This document shows positions 37,794 to 48,887 of a DNA stretch of 64,000 nucleotides, piece by piece. Under the pieces are notes generated by a model, which saw only the letters and a list, made by a program, of their open reading frames with translations, did not search any database and was not told the origin of the DNA. Source of the DNA: Antedon mediterranea (lineage: Eukaryota; Animalia; Echinodermata); the NCBI RefSeq assembly GCF_964355755.1, contig NC_092673.1, forward strand, positions 8,804,001 through 8,868,000. Reading direction: 5' to 3'. How positions within the stretch are numbered: position 1 is the stretch's first letter; the number at the start of each line of letters is the position of its first letter. The position numbers were made by a program, and so were the translations under genes.

Positions 37794-40697
37794 ATGGATA
37801 GCAGAATGCTAAATTTCGTTAAAGGATATGCTGAATCGTTTAAGCGAAGTTATAATACGCGCGTTTTAGCAGATGATACTGAAGTTAAAGAAGCTTACAA
37901 AACAGCACAAGAAACAGGAAAACTGCCTTTTAAGAGAAGCAAGATTCTCATCCTGGGTGATCATGGTGCCGGGAAAACTTCGACATGCAGGCGTTTACAG
38001 GGTAAAAATTTTCGACCAGAGGAGCCTAGTACAATAGGAATAGAAACAAATACTGTTAAGGCAAACGTTAGTGATGTTAATAGTAAATGGTCTGAAGTTA
38101 CCAACACACCAGTAGAAGATTATGAAAGTTCAGCAGCCTGGTGGACAGTATTACATGTGCTCAAACATAATAAAAATAAAGATTTCAAGAAAAGTATTAC
38201 GTCTGAAAAAAATGCAGAAGTGTCGATTCGAAAAGTAATCGAGGATACATTTTACCTTATTTTGTGTATTTTTCCTATGATGATTATGCTCTGTTTCGGT
38301 GGGTTTATATTCGGGTTCGGTCCATTCGTATGGTTATACATCCTTTGTCTTATGACAATATGTGATGTTCACAGTGCTTATCGCTTTGGTTGTGGATATG
38401 CTATTTGTATGGTACTCGTAGATAGTGCTACACAATTGAATGAACAGAGCATTGAGATAAACTTATGGATGTTTGTGTCTGCCTTTATGATTGTTGGTAT
38501 GTATGGGTTAGGTTCGTTCTTTGTTGGTGCGCTTATTGCCGCAGGTTGCAGAACTGGTATCTGTGTAGGTTTTTGCCTCATGGTACATCCAAAGCATACC
38601 TCTATTTCTTTTGAAATTATTTTAGAAAATGTTTCTAAGCTTTTTTCCAGTAGTAGAGAATATTTTGAAATCTTTATCTACGCGGTTATAATATTGGTCA
38701 TGTTTAGAAGCATTTACACTAAACTATTTCTAATAAAACGTAGATTTATTATTGTGTTCATACTTATCATAATATTTATATCCGCAGCTAAATATTTCGA
38801 AAGACATAGTTTTGGTGACATATGTACTCTATTTTGCTTAATTTCCATTGTTTTTTCAATATTGATTGGGACTATATTAGGACGACAATTTGTGGCTTTT
38901 GGATATTTACCTGAAAATTACTTTTTAAAGAAATCTGTTGGATTTATAACTGGAATATGTTTAACAAAAATATGTGGTTGGAAAATGTTAAATGTCAACA
39001 ATCTTGTGTTATTAGACAACACACGTTCTCTTACAAGGTATTTATTTCAATTATTTTCATTTTTTGCACCAATCACTGCGTTTGTTATCTACGAATGTTG
39101 TTCATATATAAAAGTAATAAAAACTACGTCATCGATACCAATAATGCATATCAGAAAAGCAATGAAAGCAGATATACGAAAAAAATGCTACATCGATGCC
39201 AGATTCAGTTTATGGGATTTTGCCGGCCAAGAAATGTATTATAATACACATCATCTATTTATGCCAAAGCAAGGTGTATACTTGGTTGTTTTCAACGCTG
39301 CCAAAGCAATTTCTGATCCTTATAGACATATTAAGCGGCTACAGTTCTGGTTACAATCTATTGCTATGCATGCAGATATTGAAAATGTCGTAGTATTTCT
39401 TGTAGGTACAAGGCGAGAAAGTATATGTGATACAAACGTGTTTTCAGCTTTTGAGAAATTGTTAAATGCACATATTTACAAAAGGTTTTCAAGATTGCTT
39501 GCCTTTCATCCAAAAGGTGGACTTTGTTTTTTTATTGAAAACGCTCTTAGTGATGATAAAGAGTGTAACCTATTACGAGAAATTATATACAAGGAGGTGC
39601 AACTTCTAAAGTACTTCTGTGAAACATTTTCTGTTAAATATCTTTTATTTAAAGAAATACTAAACGGACTACGCTGTAGAAATTGTGTTATTGCAAGTAT
39701 AAACGATATCGAAAATGAAATAATTTCAAAAATCAATGTATTTAAAAAATATGATTTGCGTAAAATTCTGAATTGCTTTGACAAATCTGGAGATATCATA
39801 TACAACGAACACGATGAATGGCTTCGGAACTATATTGTGTGTGATCCACAAGTACTAATAGACATTCTGAAATTACTAGTAAATGTGCCAGAACCACATC
39901 AAAGAAATCGAACTGTATCGGATCTTTGGCAGAGATTGCTGGAAACCGGAATTATTGACAGTAGATTAGTGGAACATATTTGTCGAATGAAAGGAATTTG
40001 GAGAGTTTATCCTTATGTGATTCGTTTTTTGGTTGAAACACATCTACTTTTTCCACTTACAATTACTAACGAAATTGATCAAGTTGGGACATTTTACCTT
40101 TGCAGCCGATTGCCGGAAACTGAGTTACAAACTAGTAAATGTATCTGTGTTATAGACTTGTACGAAATATTTTATTTTGACTTTGGTGAAATTTTACTTG
40201 AATATATCTTTCTTCGTCTTATTGCCAAGTGTTGCAAGATGTTTAATTGGATTAATATCTACTATAATGCTGCAAAATTTAGAGCAAGTGAATCATGTCT
40301 CTTTCAGATAAACACGGAAACAATTTCTGCTGGCAGCATTTTCTTTTATGATAGAAATCTCATCAAACTTTCAGTTACTAAAGTAGACCCGAATCAATCT
40401 GTAAATATTCTACACAAAATTACTACTTTCATAGAAGAAATTGTTCAACAGACTTTCAGTCCTGATTACGTTCATGAGCAGTTTGTTTGTGGTCCAGTGT
40501 GTGAAAGATGTAGTTCTTTAGATGGCACATTGTGTTTGGTGAACATCGTTACTATTATTAAGGACGTCTCCGCAATTGACGAATATAGAACAGATGATTA
40601 CCACACGATTTCGTTGAAATCAAAGGTAACCACATTACTCACCCGGTTCCAAGTACTGTATCTAGATTTCTCCAGTATGTATCATAGAAATATTTGA
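37794..40697 (+). CDS. ROCO-family Roc-COR GTPase with a multi-pass transmembrane insertion inside the Roc domain
   Basis: G1 GDHGAGKT (aa55-62), G2 STIGI (aa79-83), G3 WDFAGQEMYYNTHHLF (aa474 on), G4 LVGTRRE, G5 FFIEN, COR-like YIVCDPQVLIDILKLL; aa153-438 strongly hydrophobic; uninterrupted 967-codon ORF; in-frame acceptor at 37784 and donor at 40626 suggest extra exons. Confidence 0.9.
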   Translation: MDSRMLNFVKGYAESFKRSYNTRVLADDTEVKEAYKTAQETGKLPFKRSKILILGDHGAGKTSTCRRLQGKNFRPEEPSTIGIETNTVKANVSDVNSKWSEVTNTPVEDYESSAAWWTVLHVLKHNKNKDFKKSITSEKNAEVSIRKVIEDTFYLILCIFPMMIMLCFGGFIFGFGPFVWLYILCLMTICDVHSAYRFGCGYAICMVLVDSATQLNEQSIEINLWMFVSAFMIVGMYGLGSFFVGALIAAGCRTGICVGFCLMVHPKHTSISFEIILENVSKLFSSSREYFEIFIYAVIILVMFRSIYTKLFLIKRRFIIVFILIIIFISAAKYFERHSFGDICTLFCLISIVFSILIGTILGRQFVAFGYLPENYFLKKSVGFITGICLTKICGWKMLNVNNLVLLDNTRSLTRYLFQLFSFFAPITAFVIYECCSYIKVIKTTSSIPIMHIRKAMKADIRKKCYIDARFSLWDFAGQEMYYNTHHLFMPKQGVYLVVFNAAKAISDPYRHIKRLQFWLQSIAMHADIENVVVFLVGTRRESICDTNVFSAFEKLLNAHIYKRFSRLLAFHPKGGLCFFIENALSDDKECNLLREIIYKEVQLLKYFCETFSVKYLLFKEILNGLRCRNCVIASINDIENEIISKINVFKKYDLRKILNCFDKSGDIIYNEHDEWLRNYIVCDPQVLIDILKLLVNVPEPHQRNRTVSDLWQRLLETGIIDSRLVEHICRMKGIWRVYPYVIRFLVETHLLFPLTITNEIDQVGTFYLCSRLPETELQTSKCICVIDLYEIFYFDFGEILLEYIFLRLIAKCCKMFNWINIYYNAAKFRASESCLFQINTETISAGSIFFYDRNLIKLSVTKVDPNQSVNILHKITTFIEEIVQQTFSPDYVHEQFVCGPVCERCSSLDGTLCLVNIVTIIKDVSAIDEYRTDDYHTISLKSKVTTLLTRFQVLYLDFSSMYHRNI

Positions 40698-40979
40698 TAA
40701 TACGCATCTGTGTTTCACATGTATCTCCTAGTATAAAACACCATAACCTAACCTTTAACCTAACCTCACATTATACAGCCACCACATGTGATACAAATGA
40801 GACACTGTATTACCAAATACTGGGCACATGTAATAGTATGTGGAGATATAGCACTGGAGATCGAGTATATTACTGATATTGTACGCAAGGAGTGAAATCC
40901 GATAAAATAACTAGGAGGGAAGTTTTGAAGTTTATAATTGATATGCGTTAAAAATGTATTTATTTTACTCTTCTTACAG

Positions 40980-41069
40980 TTTAATCTTGTATGCAATAGA
41001 CCAATGAACAATGATGATGATAATCAAATTGGAGTGGAATTTGGCGATAAAGAAGTATTGATTGATTGA
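40980..41069 (+). CDS. Possible short terminal exon of the ROCO gene (FNLVCNRPMNNDDDNQIGVEFGDKEVLID*)
   Basis: Phase-0 donor AAG|GTAACC at 40625/6 and strong acceptor TTTTACTCTTCTTACAG at 40979; open for 29 codons. Confidence 0.4.
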   Translation, partial: FNLVCNRPMNNDDDNQIGVEFGDKEVLID

Positions 41070-41737
41070 TTGACTTTATTTTGTATTATGGATTACCAAT
41101 TAGTTCTATATCACAATTAAGTGGACGACTTATTTAAATAGGGATCAGAAAAAGATATTAGTACAGTTTTTTAACAGAAAAAGGTGAGACTTTAAATAGT
41201 AAAAAAATACACTTAGGCCTATGTTTATTTTTTGTATAAACACATAATACAATTATACTAATTTGTTTAATTGTTCAATATTCAAAAATGTCTTTCAATT
41301 TTACTTTGAAATTATAATTATTTTTAATTGATTTAAGTGAATTTTTTTTAATCACAAATAAAAGTAAAGGTCGAGGTAGGCCTATTAACTCCTGTTATGA
41401 GTAACATAATTCAAATATGTATTCCTGATGAAGATCAGATATTCTTAGACATTTTTTATTCAGAATAGATTTATTGAATTATTTTGTACATAATTTTATA
41501 TTATAAAAGTATTTTCGAGACTGACATTAAGTAATCCAATATAGCTCTTTGGTACCGATGAGAAAGCATACATTTAAAATAAAGTGTGCCATTTTATTTT
41601 AGTAATTCGTAATTTATGTTTAAGACTCTGTTTACACCGACATGATGAATGCTCCTGGAAAAACAGAATACTGTATAATGTAAACACTAAAAACAAATTA
41701 AACAAGAAATATTTCTTACAAAAAACGATGCTCGCTT

Positions 41738-42795
41738 ATTGACGTAACAGTTTTAAAGATATAGTGTCACGTAAAATTGCACAACGTATTATTAAAGCTG
41801 ATCTAACGCCTTGTTCATTTATCTATGAAAAGAGTATTTAAAAAAAAGTAAACAATATTATGAAAGCCCCCACTCATCCGTTACATTACTGTTATAACTT
41901 AAATAGATCAGGCATTAGGCTACGACCTCCAAGAGCAAATCTTTGTAGAACTAGAAAATCCTTCGTTGTAAATAGCATTCATAGTTTTAATTCTAATGTA
42001 AGACGTTAATGCAATTTTTAATAGTTTTACATTTTTAACAGTATTTTTAACTTTTTATCTTGTATTTTTAATCTGTTATAATACTGCACGCATTGTTGCA
42101 ATATTGTTGTTTTAATCTACCAAGCAAAGTGAATTTCCATTTTTATGGACAAATAAAATTTCTTGAATCTTGAATCTTGAATCCCTCTGGAAAATATTTT
42201 CTACAGTATTTCCAATTTGTTTTTGAATGTGTCATTTTATTGTCACATAATAGTTATTTTACCTGGAAAAAATGTAATTTAAAACAAAAAATACTTAAAT
42301 TGTCTGTCAGACAATGGTTTTTGGGTTATAATTAAACGTTTCTTTTCTCTTTTTATACGTGAATAAATAAATATTATTTTAATAATAATGTTGATATAAA
42401 ACACAGACTCAATTTCTGTCACTTCAATTTATTTTATTGCTAAGGTCAAGTCTGGGGTCACTTCATCACGCCTAGATACTTCAAGTGTGAAGTATCCTAT
42501 TACAAACAAAAACTGGACTGTTTTGATAATAATTCAATGATTATCTGACAGCGAATTACAGTATTTTAGTCCAATACCAGAAATGCTTTGGGATTTGTAA
42601 TTTTAGCATGACATTTCCTAATAGACTCTTTTCCCAGACGTTTTTTGGGTCCAGCAGCTGGGACCTATATATTATAGTCGAGTATGCATTTTAGCAAAAA
42701 CGTCAATTTCTAGTACTATAGCTGCTGCTTGATTTCATCTAAAAAATGAGTTATCTCTTGTGACGTAGCGGCCTAGAGCAGCAGCGTGAAAAATC
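41738..42795 (+). repeat. Copy 2 of the ~500-bp direct repeat, interrupted by a LINE 3' fragment
   Basis: Collinear with 29089-29590 once 41770-42181 is removed. Confidence 0.85.
41770..42181 (+). mobile_element. Short 3' fragment of a Rex1/L2-type LINE with (CTTGAAT)n tail
   Basis: KIAQRII..IYEKSI..PTHPL..RSGIRLRPPRA..RTRKSF; AATAAA followed by tandem tail. Confidence 0.75.
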
Positions 42796-42818
42796 TCAGA
42801 ATAACTAGGTTTTCTGCT

Positions 42819-42828
42819 GGGAATTTCC
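42819..42828 (+). promoter_or_regulatory. Perfect NF-kB consensus site GGGAATTTCC, ~2.7 kb upstream of deaminase-like paralog 1
   Basis: Exact match to GGGRNWYYCC; function untested. Confidence 0.25.
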
Positions 42829-43349
42829 AGTTTTTTTATATAAAATTTTTATAAACCGGATATTATCATTTAAATAACTTCTGCTTGGTTGATTGTGAAC
42901 TTGATAATTTTATACCTACTGTGCGAAATAAAAACAAACTTCATCGAAACAGGATTTTATCATCTTAGTTCACTCACAGATTTAGTGTGTAGGCACAATT
43001 ATATTCTAAGTAGGCCTGTAACACTACATTCAATTACTATTTTTAATTGTACTCTTATAAATACTACAGAATATGGCTTTTTTAAACTATGGTAGGCTTA
43101 ATACTACAAGCTCCAATACGATGACGACACGCGTCTACGTGGCTACTTCCTAAACATGTTCATAAAGTAATAAATAGAAGCAACTCTTTAATTTTAAATA
43201 CGTCTTCTTCCAATTAAGAACCACTTTTGGACCCAGGATTTAGAGTGGACTCAGGTTGGTTTGTCTGTCCTGTCCATTTGTGTGTATTTCAAAAACTGTA
43301 GGCCTAGTATTTATTTGTCTGTAATTTTAATTGGTTGCTCTAAACTTAA

Positions 43350-43894
43350 AGATGTATTGTCCCTTGAAACACAAAAAAATGAAGGTCAAAATATTCTAAA
43401 TTTAAATTGGCCATATCAAAGTAATATTAAAGTTATTCACTTTAAGTCGAAAATTCGAGCCAAAAACAACAAGTTTACGTAATTAACAGGTAAATTGATT
43501 TGATTACATTTCGTCTGGAAAATCGTCGCGAGCGAAAGTAAACAAAGATTTCAAACCACGAGTAGGCCTACGCATTATGCGTATGCTAATTAGGATTGTT
43601 TACAACTCGTCACGGTTGAGAAGGTATTTTTACACAGATCGTGAGGAAGTTTTATGATTATGCATACAGAGTAGCGAAACAAGCGCGTTTCATTATGAGA
43701 TATGTTTTGATTGAAAACTTTGACTGGAAGTCAATGTTATTTTTTTAACAAAAAAACGTCTGTATTTCAGTTAAATGATTTTTTTTTAAACACATTTTTG
43801 GTGATAGTTAATAACTATTATGATATTTCAAAATTTTTTTCGAAATCTGTTATTTTTTATTTTTTTTGGAATTAGTCAAAGGGACAATACATCT
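43350..43894. mobile_element. Kolobok-like MITE
   Basis: TIR AGATGTATTGTCCCTT with TTAA on both sides (43346-49, 43895-98) and AG..CT termini. Confidence 0.85.
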
Positions 43895-45506
43895 TTAAAA
43901 TACATCGAAAAGTAAAGTGATCTTTAATTAAATGTATAATTCGATAGAGAATGTTCATATAGGCGATCACCCGGGGTCACGGTACAGTAGTCTTTAATAT
44001 AATTTGCTTAATTTCTTTATATCTGTCATTTACATGATAAAACTTTCATAACAGTATTGATTTTAAAAGATATGTTGTTTTTTTTATTTTTGTGCTATAG
44101 ATATGCATATTGCAATGTAATGCTATAGAGTTTTAATCTAAGAATCAACTTTATATCACATTTAGGTCACCAATCACCAAAACGTCCAGTAAGAAATTAA
44201 TCAGATTTTCATGACTATTAGGATCAATTAGATCTATTCCTGTATATTCGTGTGTATATTCGTGTGTATACCCCTGTATATTATCTGGTGATAGTATTAT
44301 TAAGCACGAATATGAATAAAGAACTCTGATATTGCGACCAAGTGAGTCTAAAACCTTCGCACATTATATTACAACATTTTGTTTATGTTTTGCATGTTTT
44401 TATCAAATCCAAAAAAACGAGTTTGCTATGTTGGATTACAAATACCGAATATGCTACAGTTATGTATATTCGCACTGTAATGGATCGGAAAGCTTCCGAA
44501 GTTTCTTATATCTACATTATTGGTGGCGCAATATATTGCATTGCATTGCTATTGTTCACTACTGGTATTCGCGGGCGTATTTGCATATCAGGTGAATGAC
44601 TATATTGAATAGGCTGCGTGAGCGTTGCTTCTGCAGAAGTTGTTTTAGTTGTTGTAAGACATGTTATATACTGTATTTTTTTTAATTGTGGATTCTCGCC
44701 AATACTGTGAGTAGATATTTTCTATACAACCATAATGTTTTACAGTATTACTATATGTGCGTAACGACAATGAATTCACTGTTTAATAATTTCTGTTTGA
44801 TATACAGCTTTGTCTTATTAGATAGCATACATGTTGAAGTTAGTTGTATAACATACCATGTTGAAGTTAATTGGATAACTTACCAGGTTGACGTGATTAG
44901 TAGTATGAAATTGGTGTATTGGATCCAGGTACAAGTTCGTTCAATGTGAGCAATACTAATTGATAATTAGTGAAGTGACCATATTGTAGTAAGCTTGCTT
45001 GTGATTGTTTTTATTGTTGAATTATATTACACTGCTGATACATAATAATTATGACGTTGTTTTATACAGGGTTTGTTCCTGTTTAGAAAAATAAACGATA
45101 CAGAGTAAATACAGCCTCATCTTGCGTATTGTTTTGTTGCATGGGATACATGGCTTCACAAACCAAACCTTAATGGTCTAAACCTAGCAAATCAATATTA
45201 AGGATTCCCGAACCACGACAGCACCTTATAATACGACACTCTTTGAATTGATACAAAGCGTCTATATTCTGTTTTTATTACAAGGGGTTTTTAATTGGGG
45301 GAAACGGAAAGAAGATACAATCAATAACCCAACGTATGTGAATCTATACCGGAACAGTAGACCTAACCTTATATTGAAGTATAAGAAGAACATACGATCA
45401 TTTAGGGCTGTAGACCCATTTGTACCGCTGATAGTGTAGTACGCCGCTTCTGTTGACGAAACACAAAAGATATACTGTGCACAAATAGTTTTAAGTATTG
45501 AATGAC

Positions 45507-47053
45507 ATGGAATTTGTTTGGCGTAGAGCTTTCATAGCTTCCTTGCTCCTATTTATCAAGTTTGTTACTGGTCAAGTTTTAGACGAGGATATTCGATGTA
45601 TAACAAGCAAGATCACAAAAATTGCAGAAACATATAATCGTTACTTCAACGACGGCCCTGAACAAATCTCAGTTCTTGCTGTCTTGCCTGAGGAAGACAC
45701 ACCTTTCTGGTGCAACAATACCTACTTGGAAAGAACATTTAAGTCTTCTGTGAACACATTAGGGTTTGTAGTTCCCGAAAACTTAAATTATGCGGTGCCA
45801 AGTTTAGCTTCTGATGTTTTTAATTACATATCAGCTATTCCTTATGTCGACAATGACATTGTTCAATCAGACCTAAAACTGTTACTGAAGTTTCCAGAGA
45901 GGATCAAGGCAATGGTAGATTGGTATCATTTAGATGAAACCGCAAAAGCACCTGTGTTTTTCTTATACACCTGGAAATACCCATGTATTAGTTGCACTGA
46001 TATGATTTTGGACGTTCTTAATACTGAAATATACCAAACAATTCCTCTCATAATAACATTCACCGACTGGGGCCATACAGACCCGGATGTAAATATCATA
46101 GAAAGTGAGAATAGGTTGGAGGTAGCTGCCATCCAAAGACCTCTATCTGCAACAATTACACGTATGAGGTACGAATACACAACAGATGCAAGTTATTATT
46201 TTGATTTGTTTCAGCACGTTATATTTGATAAATTTTACCGTACGGGTGTGCCTCGACAACAAGGTGATCAGATACAGTTTGCCGTTTTAACCATTTTGCC
46301 ATTGCATGATAAAGAGAAGTGGTCAACTCCTGACTACGCCGAAGAAGTACTGCGGCCACTGACGGCACGAGGTCGCGTGTTAACGCTACAAGTAAACGAT
46401 CGTCTAGCTCCATCAGAAATCAGCGAAAGTGACAATTTTGTAGTCGCACGCGGAGTAACTGAAAACACTGATACTGCTCAGACATATGCACTCCGTGGTG
46501 AAAGTACAGACGGAAATAACATAGCGTTACTTCTTAATAACCATGAACGCATACATGGATTGGAGACACCAACTGTTATTGCTCTTTATTCGTGGACTTG
46601 TTTCCATGATGATGTCACTTTACAAGAATCAGCAACAATACTTGAACTGTATGTACGACAACCAGACATATACAGGGTCATTTATGGTTGTTCTTCAGAA
46701 ATATCTGGCGATGATTTTGAAACAACACGATCAACGTTTGACAATATTGATGTAAAAGCGTTTTTTGTACGAGAAACGTTTCCTGAAGACGTTATTCAAC
46801 CTGTAAACGAACCCCCGTTTGAAGATCATGAATCCGCCGCTGATATGCGCCCGTTACCGCCAGGAGGCGATCAAAGAATATGTCGGGTTAAAAGAGCACT
46901 TGATGAAAATCTTCAGTACAACTCTTTCCAGAATTGTGCGTTCCAATGTTTGGTGAATGAATATGAGTGCGGCAGATTTTGCTGCTGTTGTGGAAACAAC
47001 CTGATTACAGAAACTACAGCGTACTTGGTTAACAGCATAACATCTGATTGCAG
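45507..47053 (+). CDS. Secreted tandem AID/APOBEC(SNAD)-like deaminase-fold protein, paralog 1 (large first coding exon)
   Basis: Signal peptide MEFVWRRAFIASLLLFIKFVTG; QISVLAVLP..NYISAIP..QSDLKLL..FFLYTWKYPCISC; second repeat QFAVLTILP..NFVVARG..IALYSWTC; RVKR; Cys-rich tail; ORF stop lies inside donor AG|GTAAGT. The coding call is firm (paralog conservation), the fold call moderate. Confidence 0.8.
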
Positions 47054-48269
47054 GTAAGTAACAGTTCAGACTATACTTATTAACTTATTATACCACCGCA
47101 AAGTTCTAGAAATCCCTAGAATTTAACGGTTGCCCATTGTCCGAGTGGACGGTGACGGAAACACCATGTCGTGCGAAAATGTCTATTAATGCAATTTATA
47201 AATACTGTAGGCCATCATTGTTCTCTCTAAACGATCAATGACATAGAAATGAACCATATAGAGCTTACAATGTTTCGGATTGTTTACTCTTAGTCTTCAT
47301 TTGATTGTCCTGCATGCCCTTTAATACAGTGTCGACTTTAGTTATTGGTTTGGAGGCACCAGGTTTTTATTATTAACATTGTACGAGGTATCACAGTCTA
47401 TCTAAAATGTTATATTTATATTTTCACTTGTACTCTTAACCTCCTTATAATTACTCTTAACAACGTTATTTATTGTATGTTCAGTGACCATTATTAGTTA
47501 GACATTCCTCATATTCGGAACTGTGGACACATCTTCGTCCGTTTCTTTAGCTTTTTTACACTATTTTTTAATTTCCTTCTACTGTAGGTTTACGACTTGT
47601 AGGCAGAGTATCTCTTTTATCAGTAATACGGCACTTCACAGTAGTTTAAAATGGACATCTGGGCCACATTTCGGCTCATAGCATGAAGACGGGCAATGTT
47701 TACGACCACATTTATTCGTTTTACCAGTCGATAGACCTACCCATATACCCATTATTGCATAGCATTAATGTTTAATTTTACAACAGTACTAGGTTTGGTC
47801 TAAGGTTCATATGTCTTCACAAGGTTTATACAGGAATTTATTGTTAGTTTTGGCTCCTGCAACTATTCCTTCAGGATATCCTCATCTCGTAGTCCACAAA
47901 CTATTTTATCCAGCATACTCTCATCTTTGAGACTTCCGAACTTACCATTTTTGCTTTCGTAGACGAATTAGGGAACATGCAAAGTCTTCACCTTCCTGTT
48001 CAGATTCTCTATATGGAATTGAGAATTGGTACCTTTTATATTGGTTTTTCAACATCAGTAGGATTTTCGAGCTTGTATAAACTTGCATCGTTAGCGATGG
48101 AAAACACCTTTGTAATTCGATAAAGGATTCTGGTGGTGAGAGGATGCTGCATTACCCATACGGGGAATGCAACCTCTGACCTACTGATTTTGATTTTGGA
48201 AGTGAATTTTGGCATAGTGTATGTACTCACATATTTTGGTCATGTATGTGGCATCGTTGTTTAGACTAA

Positions 48270-48887
48270 AGGCCAATTTACACAGACGAGCGGTAACGGT
48301 AAGCGGTAAAGTTGAGCGGAAAACGCAAAAATAGAATCTATGTTATTTCTTATGACCATTTACACAGAACGCGGAGCGGACGAGCGGTTGAGCGGAAATC
48401 CGCTCAGGATCGAAACAGATTCGATTTTGTGAAAATACCGCGCGGTAATTATGGATTCTTGCCAACCAACGACATGATTGAAATGACGTCATCTATCAAC
48501 AAATTTTTTTTGCGTCCGTCGAGTGAAAGACGACAATAAATACGAGTGCCGTAGTAGGCCTAGCCTATAGTTTCTTTTTCTTTTTATTCAGCACCTACGA
48601 CGTGACTAATGTTCGTATAGGCCTAAGGATAGTGAAAAGAAAATATACATTTTAGTACGTTATTAGGCAACAATTCCCTCTAAAACTTAAGGCTTGTGTG
48701 TGCTAGGCCTACTGACAGTCAGTCACATCCAGGCCAGCAGTAACATGCATTAGCCTCGAGGCCTACACGCACCTACTTTCCACCACTCTGTTTGCGAACT
48801 CCGCGCGCTGTGTAAATGGGAAAAGCTACGCGGTTTTTCGCTTACAAATACCGCTTACCGTTACCGCTCGTCTGTGTAAATTGGCCT
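48270..48887. mobile_element. PIF/Harbinger-like MITE
   Basis: ~39-bp perfect TIR AGGCCAATTTACACAGACGAGCGGTAACGGTAAGCGGTA; TAA/TTA flanks. Confidence 0.85.

Noticed and set aside
41424-41450. CTGATGAAGATC hammerhead-like start
   Set aside because: No complementary stem II or GAAA follows
44332-45439. Several 60-90 aa ORFs upstream of paralog 1
   Set aside because: No motifs, mostly non-ATG starts, not conserved upstream of paralog 2
47588-48230. Possible downstream exons of deaminase-like paralog 1
   Set aside because: One plausible acceptor gives only ~30 codons with no recognisable motif; other frames are short; not supportable as a feature
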